A stretch of DNA of 64,000 nucleotides from Candidatus Poriferihabitaceae bacterium (GTDB lineage Bacteria > Pseudomonadota > Gammaproteobacteria > Arenicellales > Poriferihabitantaceae). Positions 28,050 through 38,893 of the stretch are shown here, in pieces; position 1 is the stretch's first letter; every line of letters starts with the position of its first letter. The stretch spans positions 363,208 to 427,207 of the forward strand of contig CBDEGO010000006.1 of assembly GCA_965237995.1 (NCBI GenBank). The letters run 5' to 3'. The position numbers were made by a program, and so were the translations under genes. The notes under the pieces were generated by a model. The model made no database searches, had not been told where the DNA came from, and saw only the letters and a program-made list of their open reading frames with translations.

Positions 28050-29573
28050 ATGTCACACGCAAACGGCTTAAATTTTAGTATTCTTGCCCCTAGGTCACCA
28101 TTTTACCAAGGTCCTTTTGGGCGTATTTTTGGTGATTTACCACCATGGTCACCACCAGGTTTAGATCCAAATAAGGACGACACCAAGATAGAAGCGCACT
28201 TTTTAGATATCGCTAACAACGATATGACCGAAGTCCCAGGTATTTCGCCAACAGAGATTGCCAATGACAATGCGCTAATTGATCAACTAGAAACGCAGTT
28301 TAGTTCTAATATTCCAGCTGGATACACTTACTTTGGTCAGTTTATTGACCACGATATTACGTTCGATCCTGCCTCTTCACTGATGCGGCAAAATGACCCG
28401 AGTGGTTTGTTAAATCATCGTACACCATGCCTAGATTTAGATAACGTGTACGGTAAAGGGCCGCATCAAAGCCCCTACCTATACGATGGCACGGATACTG
28501 CCAAAATGTTAATTGGTCAAGTTGCCGGAACTAACTTACGTGACCTACCACGCAATAGCCAAGGCAGAGCCTTAATTGGAGACATGCGCAACGATGAGAA
28601 CAGCATGGTGTCTCAGTTACAGTTAGCTTTTTTATTGGCACACAATGAATTGGTCGATCGTGCAAGAGCACAAAATATGTCTGACCCTTTTGAGGCTGCT
28701 CGTAAGACACTACGCTGGCTTTATCAGTACATCGTATGGAATGACTTTATTGTAAAAGTAGCAAATGACGAAATTCACAAATGCGCTTTAAGTTTGAAAA
28801 AAGCATGTGGTGGTCGTTCGCGCTGGGAGTTGGGTTTGGCTGATGTTTTTAAGTGGAAACATCAACCTTACATGCCTATTGAATTTGCTGTCGCAGCGTA
28901 TCGCTTTGGGCATTCAATGGTACGTAATAGCTACCAGACTAATTCGCCGCATCGTGGCTTTCAACAATTTGCGCCTATCTTTGACAACAGTGGTACTGCT
29001 AACCCAGACGACCTACGCGGATTCAAAGCAATGACAGCTGCAAACACGATTCAATGGGATTGGTTTTTAGATATGAACACATCTGGCAGCCCATTTCCAC
29101 AACGAGCAAGAAAAATAGATACTAAGTTATGCAATGCCTTGGCGGCACTGCCTATCGCTGGGCCTGGTTCAAGCATGAACATTCTGGCTTTTCGTAACCT
29201 AGTGCGTGGTTGGCGTTTCGAATTACCCTCTGGCACAGACGTTGCAAACCAGCTTTGCGTAAAGCCGACCAATATAGACCCTGCCAAAGATTCTCTTTGG
29301 TATTACATTTTGCAAGAAGCAGAAAATTTGCCAGGTGCCAATAAAGGGCAAATGTTGGGGCGCGTCGGGTCGATTATCGTTTGTGCAACATTTGCGGGCT
29401 TATTGAAAGGTGATCCGCGTTCTTGGATGAATGTAGCCCCCTGTTGGACACCAGATGATGACCCCTTGCTTGAAGCCCAGGACAAAATTGACGGTAATGG
29501 TTGGTCTTTGGCATCAATTATCAGGCTATCAGGTTTACCCGTTGACGCTGGAGATGTTAGTAACCAATCTTAG
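28050..29573 (+). CDS. heme peroxidase of the peroxidase-cyclooxygenase (animal heme peroxidase) superfamily
   Basis: Distal YFGQFIDHDIT, LDLDNVYG, GDMRNDEN, proximal EFAVAAYRFGHSMVR, LWYYILQEA, LGRVGS.IV. Confidence 0.88.
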   Translation: MSHANGLNFSILAPRSPFYQGPFGRIFGDLPPWSPPGLDPNKDDTKIEAHFLDIANNDMTEVPGISPTEIANDNALIDQLETQFSSNIPAGYTYFGQFIDHDITFDPASSLMRQNDPSGLLNHRTPCLDLDNVYGKGPHQSPYLYDGTDTAKMLIGQVAGTNLRDLPRNSQGRALIGDMRNDENSMVSQLQLAFLLAHNELVDRARAQNMSDPFEAARKTLRWLYQYIVWNDFIVKVANDEIHKCALSLKKACGGRSRWELGLADVFKWKHQPYMPIEFAVAAYRFGHSMVRNSYQTNSPHRGFQQFAPIFDNSGTANPDDLRGFKAMTAANTIQWDWFLDMNTSGSPFPQRARKIDTKLCNALAALPIAGPGSSMNILAFRNLVRGWRFELPSGTDVANQLCVKPTNIDPAKDSLWYYILQEAENLPGANKGQMLGRVGSIIVCATFAGLLKGDPRSWMNVAPCWTPDDDPLLEAQDKIDGNGWSLASIIRLSGLPVDAGDVSNQS

Positions 29574-29597
29574 GCTTGAAAGGTAGCTAGGACTATG

Positions 29598-30293
29598 TTA
29601 CTCACTCGATTTATCCACTTTATCAAATTGCTTCGCAGTAGCCGCTTGCTGCGAAGTAGTTTGTTTTTGCACCTTAGTGGTGATGACGCGTATTTTCTTT
29701 AAGGTTAATTCGTCTAGCTTTGCTATCCAAGCACGTATTCCTCGGCTAGATTGACCTACCGTAGTTGCCGTTTTGAAAATAGCTGTTTCCTGCGTTTTTT
29801 GAACCATGGTCTTTCTGGTTAAATTAAAGCTTAAACCCAGCAAGAACAACAGCAAACCAACTGGGAAGAAGGCGATTAAGATTACCCACTGTTGCCATCG
29901 TTCATAGCCAGACCAAAACTTGGTTACTGCACGAAAAAAAAGCTTTCCTTTACGCAAAAATACGACCTTCGCGTGGCGTATCCACCGCCATCTGTATTGC
30001 GAAAAAAATATACCGTATCGAATACCTAAGGTCTTAAATAATTTGAGCAAGAATAGCTTAAATAAATTACTAAATAAGATACCCAAAGATTTCAAAAAGA
30101 CCAATAACTTTAGTGCAAGTAAGCGACTGAAATTGGTTTTAATGAACGGAATAACCACAACCCAAACGTTGTGCGATAACCACGCTGCAACCGCGTCGAA
30201 GTTAAGCACCAATGCGATGAACTCGACCGAGATAATGAGGCAGGACAGAGCGAAAACAAATCGATTGTTTAGCAGCGAATTAGGAGTAGACAA
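29598..30293 (-). CDS. hypothetical basic membrane protein
   Basis: 231-aa ORF (TTG start) with several hydrophobic segments and Lys/Arg/Trp-rich amphipathic stretches. Confidence 0.6.
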   Translation of the reverse strand: MSTPNSLLNNRFVFALSCLIISVEFIALVLNFDAVAAWLSHNVWVVVIPFIKTNFSRLLALKLLVFLKSLGILFSNLFKLFLLKLFKTLGIRYGIFFSQYRWRWIRHAKVVFLRKGKLFFRAVTKFWSGYERWQQWVILIAFFPVGLLLFLLGLSFNLTRKTMVQKTQETAIFKTATTVGQSSRGIRAWIAKLDELTLKKIRVITTKVQKQTTSQQAATAKQFDKVDKSSE

Positions 30294-30392
30294 AGGTAGG
30301 CTGATTTCTAGTTGAGTGACTTTAGAGGGCTATTTTTAAGAACGCAGTGTTTGTCGGTGTTCACGTTCACCAACTGCATGGCATAACGCGCA

Positions 30393-30836
30393 CTAGTTAT
30401 TTTGTCTGTCGGTATCAGTATCTTCTGCTGGAATATGTAGATCTAGCACTTTTAAACTTAGAGGCTCAGCATCAGTTACTGGGTCTGCAACGGCCGATTC
30501 TGTAATGACTCCGGTCACATCCTGCAACGGCACATCGTGTTGAGGAGCGAGTGCTGATATGACTTTTGGCGCCCCTGAGTTGAGGTCAATAACCGATGTA
30601 CTTTGATCAGGCTTTATGCGCTCCACAAGATCTGAATTAACTTGTGTCCCTGTAAAGAGACCAAGCAGTACACTCGATAGGATCAGCGCACAGCCTAATG
30701 CTAATAAAAATACTTTGCTTTTCTTATCAGTAAATTGCTTGGTGTGTTGGCAAACATTACGCTTGTATACGTTCAATATTTTAGAGAAAACACGTAGTTT
30801 TCCGGCTCCGCTATGCTTCATACGAACTACGTCCAT
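30393..30836 (-). CDS. hypothetical single-TM protein
   Basis: 147-aa ORF with a basic N-terminus, one TM helix and an acidic low-complexity tail. Confidence 0.5.
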   Translation of the reverse strand: MDVVRMKHSGAGKLRVFSKILNVYKRNVCQHTKQFTDKKSKVFLLALGCALILSSVLLGLFTGTQVNSDLVERIKPDQSTSVIDLNSGAPKVISALAPQHDVPLQDVTGVITESAVADPVTDAEPLSLKVLDLHIPAEDTDTDRQNN

Positions 30837-31101
30837 AAATGGTGGCTAGCGTTAAAGTAACACTGTAGTCAACTTTATCCTTCATGTGGAAATTAAATAA
30901 CGAATTTTGATTGATAGGGCAACGACTGCTGACTAATTTACACACTTGATGTTCTCATCATATATTAGCTTTAAGTGTTTTACCAAACTATCTTGAACTT
31001 TGCTGGTATTTCGTTCTTAATCAACAAATAAAGCAATAGCTGCATTATGATTATTGCTTAACAAAAATCGACTTTCTTTAAATTTAAAATAGGGCACACA
31101 A

Positions 31102-31980
31102 ATGAGTGATCAAGCTACTTACGTCCCGCCTAGAGTGTGGAAACCAGACACTGAAAGCGGCGGCACATGGGCGAGTATAAACCGACCTGTTGCAGGTGCC
31201 ACACACGACCAAACACTCGCAGTGGGTCAACATCCATTGCAACTATATTCGCTCGCCACCCCTAATGGACAGAAGGTCACTATTTTGTTGGAAGAGCTTC
31301 TTTCACTCGGTCACGATGGCGCAGAATATGACGCACATTTGATTAACATAGGGGAGGGAGATCAGTTTGGGAGTGATTTTGTAAAAATAAACCCGAATTC
31401 AAAAATCCCAGCGTTAATGGACCACAGTACAGAACCACCCATCCGTTTGTTTGAGTCTGGGTCAATACTGTTGTATCTAGCTGAAAAATTTGATGCATTT
31501 ATTCCCTCAGACCCAGCAAAACGCAGTGAATGCTTGTCGTGGCTGTTCTGGCAAATGGGTAGCGCTCCTTACCTCGGTGGTGGCTTTGGCCACTTTTACT
31601 CTTACGCGCCCGTTAAAATAGAATACTGTATTGATCGTTTTGCAATGGAAACCAAGCGCCAACTTGACGTACTTGATCAACATTTAGCGCAAAACCAATT
31701 CTTTGCCGGCAGTGAGTATACTATTGCTGATATCGCTATTTGGCCATGGTACGGCAACTTAGTTATCCATAACCAATACGACGCCGCAGAGTTTTTAGAT
31801 GTGGGATCTTATATACACGTCAATCGCTGGGCGCAGGAAATCTTCGATAGGCCCGCTGTAAAACGGGGTCGAATAGTCAACCGTACCTCGGGCGAACTCA
31901 ACGAGCAATTACATGAACGTCATGACCGCAGCGATTTCGATTTGAAAACACAGGATAAGCTAACAGCTGAAAGCAAATAA
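31102..31980 (+). CDS. yghU: glutathione-dependent disulfide-bond oxidoreductase (GST Nu class)
   Basis: YVPPRVW, INRPVAGATH, QLYSLATPNGQKV, NPNSKIPAL, FESGSIL, WQMGSAPYLGGGFGHFY. Confidence 0.95.
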   Translation: MSDQATYVPPRVWKPDTESGGTWASINRPVAGATHDQTLAVGQHPLQLYSLATPNGQKVTILLEELLSLGHDGAEYDAHLINIGEGDQFGSDFVKINPNSKIPALMDHSTEPPIRLFESGSILLYLAEKFDAFIPSDPAKRSECLSWLFWQMGSAPYLGGGFGHFYSYAPVKIEYCIDRFAMETKRQLDVLDQHLAQNQFFAGSEYTIADIAIWPWYGNLVIHNQYDAAEFLDVGSYIHVNRWAQEIFDRPAVKRGRIVNRTSGELNEQLHERHDRSDFDLKTQDKLTAESK

Positions 31981-32086
31981 CGACAAAGTACTTTAGCGGT
32001 GTTTCCAGCGCTTAGCTTATTCTGCTAACGCGTAGAGTTATGCCGTGAACAAATCCTACGATGATGCCAATAGCACTTTCAAAGGA

Positions 32087-33121
32087 TCAGGATTCAGCTA
32101 CTACTTTTCTTTCGAGTAATGCCTGTACGGCTCGGCGCGGGTCGCGCTGTTCATATAATACTGCGTAGACCTGTTCCGTAATAGGCATATTAATTTGTAA
32201 CTGCTGCGCTTTGTGATACAGCTCTTTGGTGGTATTAAAGCCTTCCACTTCCTGGCCGATTTCCTGCATCACTTCTTCAGCATTTCTGCCAGCTCCAACC
32301 CCTAAACCAAGACGACGATTGCGTGATTGGTTATCGGTACAAGTCAAGATTAAGTCGCCCATGCCTGATAAACCCATAAAGCTTTCCATCTTGCCGCCAA
32401 GAGCGGAGCCAAACCGAGTGAGCTCTGCTAAACCGCGAGTTATCAGTGCTGTACGTGCGTTGGCGCCAAAGCCGAGGCCATCGCTAATGCCAGCGGCTAC
32501 GGCGATGACATTCTTCACCGCCCCGCCTAACTGGGCACCTACTAGGTCGGTGCTGGTGTAAACCCGTGTGCTAGCGGTTTTAAACAAGCCCGCCAGCCTG
32601 TTAGCATCGTGCTGTGTTTCGCTCGCTAACACCAAGGCAGTGGGTAACCCACCTGCGGTTTCTTTGGCAAAACTAGGCCCAGTAATGACACCTAAAACTG
32701 GCTCCGCCCCTAAACCTTGCCTCGCAATTTCACTCAATAAGTGGCCCGATTGAGGGTCAAACCCTTTGCTGCCCCAAATTACGGTGATGGTTGAAAAATC
32801 CCGTCCTTTAGCTTGTAAGGAGGTTGCTAACGAAATAATCGTTTCCTGAAATGCGTGACTAGGTACAACAATTAAGAACGTTGCACTTTGCAAGGAACAT
32901 TCTTCAATATCTATGGATGCGCAAAGCGATAGGTTTGAGGGGAACTCAATATCAGGAAGATACGCTTGATTACACCGGTCTTGCTGCATAGCCTGACGGT
33001 GTTGTTTATTTCTGGTCCAGAGAAAAACGTCCGTTTGATTTGCCTTCGCTAATAAGATCGCCAAGGCCGTTCCCCATGAACCTCCACCCAAAACCGTGAT
33101 GGGTTTTTTGCTTAAATTCAT
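32087..33121 (-). CDS. gpsA: NAD(P)H-dependent glycerol-3-phosphate dehydrogenase
   Basis: GGGSWGTALA, SKGF, GPSFAKE, GGAVKNVIA, GDLILTCTDNQSRN. Confidence 0.97.
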   Translation of the reverse strand: MNLSKKPITVLGGGSWGTALAILLAKANQTDVFLWTRNKQHRQAMQQDRCNQAYLPDIEFPSNLSLCASIDIEECSLQSATFLIVVPSHAFQETIISLATSLQAKGRDFSTITVIWGSKGFDPQSGHLLSEIARQGLGAEPVLGVITGPSFAKETAGGLPTALVLASETQHDANRLAGLFKTASTRVYTSTDLVGAQLGGAVKNVIAVAAGISDGLGFGANARTALITRGLAELTRFGSALGGKMESFMGLSGMGDLILTCTDNQSRNRRLGLGVGAGRNAEEVMQEIGQEVEGFNTTKELYHKAQQLQINMPITEQVYAVLYEQRDPRRAVQALLERKVVAES

Positions 33122-33140
33122 GAGCGAAACTTAGCTTCGC

Positions 33141-33623
33141 TTAATTGATACTTTCAGAACTAGGAACGTATTTGTTCTCGGCTTGCTTCTTCATTTTTTG
33201 AGTATACAAAGCCTCAAAATTAATGGGGTTAAGTAACAACTGAGGAAAGCCGCCTTTTGCGACTAAGTCAGCAATCGTTTCGCGCGCAAATGGCAACAGT
33301 ATATTGGCACAAGCCACTTCTTTTATCATTTCTAATTGCTGCACATCGTCACAAGCGATGTCAAAAATACCCGCTTGATGCACTTCAATTAAAAACAAAG
33401 TGTCTTCTCCAGACTTTGAAGTGGCCGTTATTTGTAGCACCACTTCACTATAGGTTTTATCCAATTGCTTGTGGTGTAGCGTTAGCTGGACGTCAATGGC
33501 CGGTTTTACCTCACCCTTGGAAAATATTTCCGGTGACATCGGTGACTCAAACGAGACATCTTTTAAGTAAATTTTCCTGGGTTCTAGTCGTACTTCTTTA
33601 ACTTTTGCTTTTTCTTCAGTCAT
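33141..33623 (-). CDS. secB: protein-export chaperone SecB
   Basis: IYLKDVSFESP, EVHQAGIF, CANILLPFARE, GGFPQLLLNPINFEALY. Confidence 0.97.
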   Translation of the reverse strand: MTEEKAKVKEVRLEPRKIYLKDVSFESPMSPEIFSKGEVKPAIDVQLTLHHKQLDKTYSEVVLQITATSKSGEDTLFLIEVHQAGIFDIACDDVQQLEMIKEVACANILLPFARETIADLVAKGGFPQLLLNPINFEALYTQKMKKQAENKYVPSSESIN

Positions 33624-33634
33624 CGTAATGTTGT

Positions 33635-34054
33635 TTAAGCCTTACTAACAGGCAAATTCTCTTTTTGCCAAGCAGCTAGACCGCCGCTTAGCACGTATAT
33701 ATCTTCAAAACCTTGCTTGGACAATTTCCCAGCTGCCTTATTGGCGCGTGAACCTGTTCGACAAGACAGGATAATGGGCTTATCTTTTACCTTTTTAAGT
33801 TTTTCGCTCGCTTCTGCGATTTCAGATAAAGGCAGGTTAATTGCATCTGGGATGTGACCGGCGGCATATTCGTCCGGTTTACACACGTCAACAACCGTTG
33901 CTGACTCATGATTAACGATTTGTGGAACTCGAAGTGCACTAATCATTTTAATGCCCATCGACTTTTGGCGCATTGGCTCGATAACGATCAATATCAAGAT
34001 TAGCGCCAAGGCTAAGAAGAGTATCCAGTTTTGTGAAATAAATTCAAAATCCAT
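33635..34054 (-). CDS. membrane-anchored rhodanese-domain protein (YibN-like)
   Basis: TM helix plus GHIPDAINLP, CRTGSR, LSGGLAAWQKENLPV; usual position upstream of secB. Confidence 0.9.
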   Translation of the reverse strand: MDFEFISQNWILFLALALILILIVIEPMRQKSMGIKMISALRVPQIVNHESATVVDVCKPDEYAAGHIPDAINLPLSEIAEASEKLKKVKDKPIILSCRTGSRANKAAGKLSKQGFEDIYVLSGGLAAWQKENLPVSKA

Positions 34055-34178
34055 CAGGGATCAAAGTGGTAGTATGAATGGCGGCGATTATACTCAATAA
34101 GCTGTTTCCAACTGTAGCTATTGAACGCTGAAAACGGTTATTTTGTTAGCTTAAACGCGATATTGGCAGAGGTTAACC

Positions 34179-34517
34179 TTAGTGACCGGCACAAAATGCC
34201 TGTTTCATTGAATCCATTAACGACACAATTCGGTCACTGGCAATATAGTAGTACACTTTATTGGCTTCTTTGCGCGAATCCAGCACCCCCTTTTCTCGCA
34301 ATATCGACAAATGCTGCGAGATATTGCTTTGAGATGTGCCAACAAAATCGACTAAATCCTGTACACTTGCTTCTTTGTGGCTGGCTAAAATGCAGAGTAT
34401 CTTAAGCCTTAAGGGGTGGCCCATTGCCTTAAGCGCGCGGGAGGCGAGCTTGATGTCTTCTTCATTATCGATAAACAAGTTCGACTCGGCGTACTTAATG
34501 TTTGCGGAACTATTCAT
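34179..34517 (-). CDS. ArsR/SmtB-family regulator (BigR/SqrR-like)
   Basis: LKAMGHPLRLKILC.L, SQSNISQHLSILR, C-terminal FC. Confidence 0.9.
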   Translation of the reverse strand: MNSSANIKYAESNLFIDNEEDIKLASRALKAMGHPLRLKILCILASHKEASVQDLVDFVGTSQSNISQHLSILREKGVLDSRKEANKVYYYIASDRIVSLMDSMKQAFCAGH

Positions 34518-34612
34518 TTGAGGTTATTTCAATTAAGGCTAAACTCGCCGGCTAGCGCTCGACCTATTTCGAATGCTTATATTCTTTTACAATTATACAC
34601 TGATGAACAAGA

Positions 34613-35833
34613 ATGTCACTTCGCCTAAACCTTAGCACAGGGTTAGTTAAGTCGTTTTATCTTGCTTGCTTTTTGGTGATTAGCTCTGGGCTTGTATTTG
34701 CCGACGAGAACCAAGAACTACAGCAAGTTAAGAAGCAACTTAAGCAAGTAAATAAAAAGCTAAAGGGCGCAAAATCTAAGCGTAATAAGACCCAATCTAG
34801 TTTAGAAGCGATAGAGCGAGATATCGCAGAGCGCACACTTAGACAAACGCGTACCCGCACTAAACTCGCCGAGATAGAGCTAGAGTCAGCAAAACTAATA
34901 GTGAAGCAAGACGCGCTCCATGTAGAACACACAGCGGCTATGCAGGCTGTGGAGAAACTACTGGTTGCAACCTATATGATGGGCCGGCAAAGCGGTCTCA
35001 AAAGATTGCTCTCTCAAGAAGACCCAGCTCAAATTAGCCGGTTGACCCGATACGCCAATTACATAGCTAACTCGCAAAAAGCCTTGATAGATAAAACTAA
35101 AACCCTCACCGCCGAGCTCAGTGCTTTGGAAGCAAATTTAGCTGGGAGAGAACGGCAACTGAGTAAGTTAAATACGGTCTTAGAAAAAGATCAGGTCTAC
35201 CTCAATCAACTCAAAAATAATCGCATTAGTAAAATAGAGGAGTTGGAAACTCATATTGCTGGGCACGCCGAAAAGGCAAGTGCTTTAAAGGAGCGTGAAC
35301 AACGGCTTGCTTCCGTATTGAACGAGCTGGCAAAACGACGTGCTAACCAGTTGAAGCAAGCAAAAAAACAGGTAAAGGCTAACCCCAAGCCTAAGAAAGG
35401 GGCAGTAGTCTCATCTAAACCTAAAAAGCAGTCCACAAAGCTTTATACTGCCACTAGATCTCTACCCTTGCCCGCTAAGGCTAAGTTGGCGGCGCGGTTT
35501 GGGCAAAAACGAGCAGAATCTGGTTTGCCATGGCGCGGCGTATTGTTACGCGGTTCTGCGGGTAGCGATGTGCGCGCAATCGCTGCCGGAGAAGTCGTCT
35601 ACGCAGATTGGTTGACCGGCTACGGTCAGTTAATTATTGTTGATCATGGAAACGAATTAATGAGCTTATACGGCCACAATAGCTCGTTAAACAAAGTGGT
35701 TGGAGATCAAGTTCAGCAAAACGATTTACTTGCAAATATGGGTGATACGGCGGGTTTACGTTCCGCAGCTTTATATTTTGAAATTCGCCACCGCGGTGAA
35801 CCGCAAGATCCGCTAAAATGGTGCAAAGCCTAG
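34613..35833 (+). CDS. envC: murein hydrolase activator EnvC
   Basis: Signal peptide, long coiled coil, degenerate M23 domain (WRGV, VVYADWLTGYG, LYGHN, LYFEIR). Confidence 0.9.
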   Translation: MSLRLNLSTGLVKSFYLACFLVISSGLVFADENQELQQVKKQLKQVNKKLKGAKSKRNKTQSSLEAIERDIAERTLRQTRTRTKLAEIELESAKLIVKQDALHVEHTAAMQAVEKLLVATYMMGRQSGLKRLLSQEDPAQISRLTRYANYIANSQKALIDKTKTLTAELSALEANLAGRERQLSKLNTVLEKDQVYLNQLKNNRISKIEELETHIAGHAEKASALKEREQRLASVLNELAKRRANQLKQAKKQVKANPKPKKGAVVSSKPKKQSTKLYTATRSLPLPAKAKLAARFGQKRAESGLPWRGVLLRGSAGSDVRAIAAGEVVYADWLTGYGQLIIVDHGNELMSLYGHNSSLNKVVGDQVQQNDLLANMGDTAGLRSAALYFEIRHRGEPQDPLKWCKA

Positions 35834-35854
35834 GCCTTAGTTAATGTAACGAAA

Positions 35855-37177
35855 ATGATGATTAAACCAAACTTTAAACAATGCATTAGTTCACTCGCAG
35901 TTGCGGTAATTACTGCGTCTTCGCTGAACGTAAATGCCCAAGACGAAGCAGCCAGCAAAAGCAAACTGCCGCTAGAAGAAATTCAGATGTTTGCGCAAGT
36001 ATTTAGCAAAATAAAAAGTGATTATGTCGATGCGGTAGACGAAAAAAAGATGCTACGCGATGCTATTAACGGCATGCTCGCCGGCTTAGACCCGCACTCC
36101 GCTTTCTTAGAGAAAAGTGCCTTCAAGGAAATGCGAATTGATACCAATGGGGAGTTTGGCGGTGTCGGCATTGAAGTTTCAACTGAAAAAGGTGTGGTGC
36201 GCGTAGTCTCACCCATTGAAGATACGCCTGCTGATAGGGCCGGTGTAGAAGCAGGTGACTTCATTTTAAAAATAGATGGTAAATCGATTTCTGGGCTTAG
36301 TTTGAGCGAGTCTATTGAAAAAATGCGCGGCGAGGTAGGCAGCCCGATTACGCTGACAATTAGCCGCGAAGGAGTGGATAAACCGTTTGATATTGAAATT
36401 GTACGAGATCTGATTCAGTTAACGAGTGTCAAAACCCGCGATCTTGGTTCTCCTGGCTATGCATATATGCGTGTAACCGCATTTCAAGGTACCAGCGCCC
36501 AAATATTGCACAAAAAAATACAAGCGTTTAAAGATAAACAAACGGTGAAAGGTTTGATCCTAGACTTACGCAATAATCCGGGAGGGGTATTAACCGGGGC
36601 AGTTGATGTTAGCGATTTATTTTTACAAAGTGGAGTAGATATCGTCGCAACGCATGGTCGAACCGAAGACAGTGAGACTAATTTTAAAGCGGATTCGGGC
36701 GATATTATTGATGGGGCACCCATGGTGGTTTTAGTCAACAATGGTTCTGCATCCGCCTCCGAGATCGTTGCTGGGGCGCTGCAAGACCATGGCAGGGCGA
36801 TTATTTTAGGCACCACCTCTTTTGGCAAAGGCTCGGTTCAAACGATTTCTCCGTTGCCTAGTGGTTCCGGCTTAAAGCTCACTACCGCGAGATATTACAC
36901 GCCAGATGGCCGCTCTATTCAAGAAACGGGTATCGAGCCAGATATTATTTCACAGCGCTCAGAGCTAATTCATAATGAAGCTCAGCGCTTACGGGAAGTT
37001 GATTTAGACCGACACTTAGTTAACGAACAAAACGACGTTGAAAAGGAGGTCACAGCGCAAGAGGACGTAAACCCAACAGCAGAATGGCTGGCTAAGGATT
37101 CGCAATTGCGCGAAGCACTAAATCTGCTTAAAGGCATTAATTTAACAACCCTAAACAACCATAAAAAAGCCGGCTAA
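35855..37177 (+). CDS. ctpA: S41A carboxy-terminal processing protease
   Basis: LDPHS, PDZ (FGGVGIE), LDLRNNPGG, SASASEIVAGALQD, FGKGSVQ. Confidence 0.93.
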   Translation: MMIKPNFKQCISSLAVAVITASSLNVNAQDEAASKSKLPLEEIQMFAQVFSKIKSDYVDAVDEKKMLRDAINGMLAGLDPHSAFLEKSAFKEMRIDTNGEFGGVGIEVSTEKGVVRVVSPIEDTPADRAGVEAGDFILKIDGKSISGLSLSESIEKMRGEVGSPITLTISREGVDKPFDIEIVRDLIQLTSVKTRDLGSPGYAYMRVTAFQGTSAQILHKKIQAFKDKQTVKGLILDLRNNPGGVLTGAVDVSDLFLQSGVDIVATHGRTEDSETNFKADSGDIIDGAPMVVLVNNGSASASEIVAGALQDHGRAIILGTTSFGKGSVQTISPLPSGSGLKLTTARYYTPDGRSIQETGIEPDIISQRSELIHNEAQRLREVDLDRHLVNEQNDVEKEVTAQEDVNPTAEWLAKDSQLREALNLLKGINLTTLNNHKKAG

Positions 37178-37187
37178 TGCCGGCTTT
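37163..37187. terminator. terminator hairpin between convergent ctpA and gltA
   Basis: AAAAAAGCCGGC-TAAT-GCCGGCTTT, overlapping the ctpA stop codon. Confidence 0.7.
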
Positions 37188-37223
37188 AAAAAGACCTGAG
37201 TACTTTAAGGCGATCAACTCAAA

Positions 37224-38603
37224 CTAGGCCTTTTTATTCGACCAAAAACGCGACCAACTTACGCTGTTTTTTTGGTGTCCACGGGTATCTTCAGCGGTGT
37301 AATCACGTTGTGTATGACCAACGTACAATTGCCGAGGGCGACCAATCTTTTGATCTGGGTCAATCAGCATTTCTTTCCAGTGAGACAGCCACCCTACCGT
37401 ACGCCCAATGGCGAACATCGCGGTAAACATATTAGTCGGTAGACCAATCGCATTAAGAATGATGCCAGAGTAAAAATCGACATTCGGGTATAAGTTCTTC
37501 TCAATAAAGTAAGGGTCTTTAAGTGCTATCTCCTCGAGCTTCATCGCAAGCTCCATACGTGGGTCATTGACCCCTAGCGAGTCGAGAATTTCGTGCGCTG
37601 ACTCACGCATGACTTGCGCGCGCGGGTCAAAGTTTTTGTATACACGGTGACCAAAGCCCATCAGGCGAAAGTCATCTTTTTTATCTTTAGCCTTAGCAAC
37701 ATACTTATCTATGTTTTTTACGCTGCCGATTTCGTCTAACATTTTCAATACGGCTTCATTTGCGCCACCATGTGCTGGACCCCATAAAGAAGCAATGCCA
37801 GAAGCGATGCATGCAAACGGATTAGCACCAGAAGAACCTGCAAGTCGCACGGTTGAAGTCGATGCATTTTGCTCGTGATCGGCATGTAAAATCAGAAACC
37901 GATCAATCGCTTTGGAGATAACGGGATTGATTTCGTAATCCTGGTTCGGCATGGAGAACATCATGTTCATCAAGTTTTCCGAATAGCTCAGTTCAGCGCG
38001 AGGAGACGGAAAGGGCAGACCCAAAGAGTAGCGATACGCATAGGCCGCGATAGTGGGCATTTTCGCGATCATACGATGTGCGGCTAAGCGACGTTGCTCG
38101 ATATCGTTTATATCGGTGCTGTCATGGTAAAACGCAGACAAAGCGCCTACGACACCAACCATAATGGCCATCGGGTGCGCACTGCGCATAAAGCCACGGT
38201 AAAACGTAGTTAACTGCTCATGCAACATGGAATGAGAGTCAATGTCCGCAATAAACTGCGCTTTTTCTTCTGGCTTAGGCAGCTCACCGTAAAGTAACAA
38301 ATAGCAGGTTTCCATATAATCTGATTTTTCTGCCAATTGCTCGATCGGGTACCCTCGATACAATAACTGACCTTTACCACCATCGATGTAGGTAATGGTC
38401 GATGTACAAGAAGCGGTTGAGGTGAAACCTGGGTCATAGGTGAACATTTTGGATTCACCATAAAATTTACGAATGTCCACGACATCGGGGCCGATTGAAG
38501 CTTGGCGGATATCCATATCCCACTGCCCGTCAGTGCCTTTACGGTCGATGTTTACACTATCAATGATCTCTGATTCTAAATTTGGACTATCGTTTTTCGT
38601 CAT
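37224..38603 (-). CDS. gltA: citrate synthase (type II)
   Basis: [55 protein letters not shown]; start moved to the ATG at 38603. Confidence 0.97.
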   Translation of the reverse strand: MTKNDSPNLESEIIDSVNIDRKGTDGQWDMDIRQASIGPDVVDIRKFYGESKMFTYDPGFTSTASCTSTITYIDGGKGQLLYRGYPIEQLAEKSDYMETCYLLLYGELPKPEEKAQFIADIDSHSMLHEQLTTFYRGFMRSAHPMAIMVGVVGALSAFYHDSTDINDIEQRRLAAHRMIAKMPTIAAYAYRYSLGLPFPSPRAELSYSENLMNMMFSMPNQDYEINPVISKAIDRFLILHADHEQNASTSTVRLAGSSGANPFACIASGIASLWGPAHGGANEAVLKMLDEIGSVKNIDKYVAKAKDKKDDFRLMGFGHRVYKNFDPRAQVMRESAHEILDSLGVNDPRMELAMKLEEIALKDPYFIEKNLYPNVDFYSGIILNAIGLPTNMFTAMFAIGRTVGWLSHWKEMLIDPDQKIGRPRQLYVGHTQRDYTAEDTRGHQKNSVSWSRFWSNKKA

Positions 38604-38893
38604 AATATTTCTCTTTTTGTAACTTTTTATTTCATTAATCCTATGAATTTTCACAGCGGTGAATTTCCTTTTTTACGCAGTAAAAGCTAGAACTAATCGA
38701 CACTTTAACTCTTAAAGTTTGCTGGTACATATCATCTTGATATCGGTATATAGTAATGCGCTGGTAGCCCAATATCTATTTTTTAGACCGCAATTGATTT
38801 AATCCGTTTATTTGAATTTTACACTAGTTTAAACTTATCAAATTCATTCATATCATAAGCGTTACTTATAAAAAATGCAGTTAGGACTAAACG

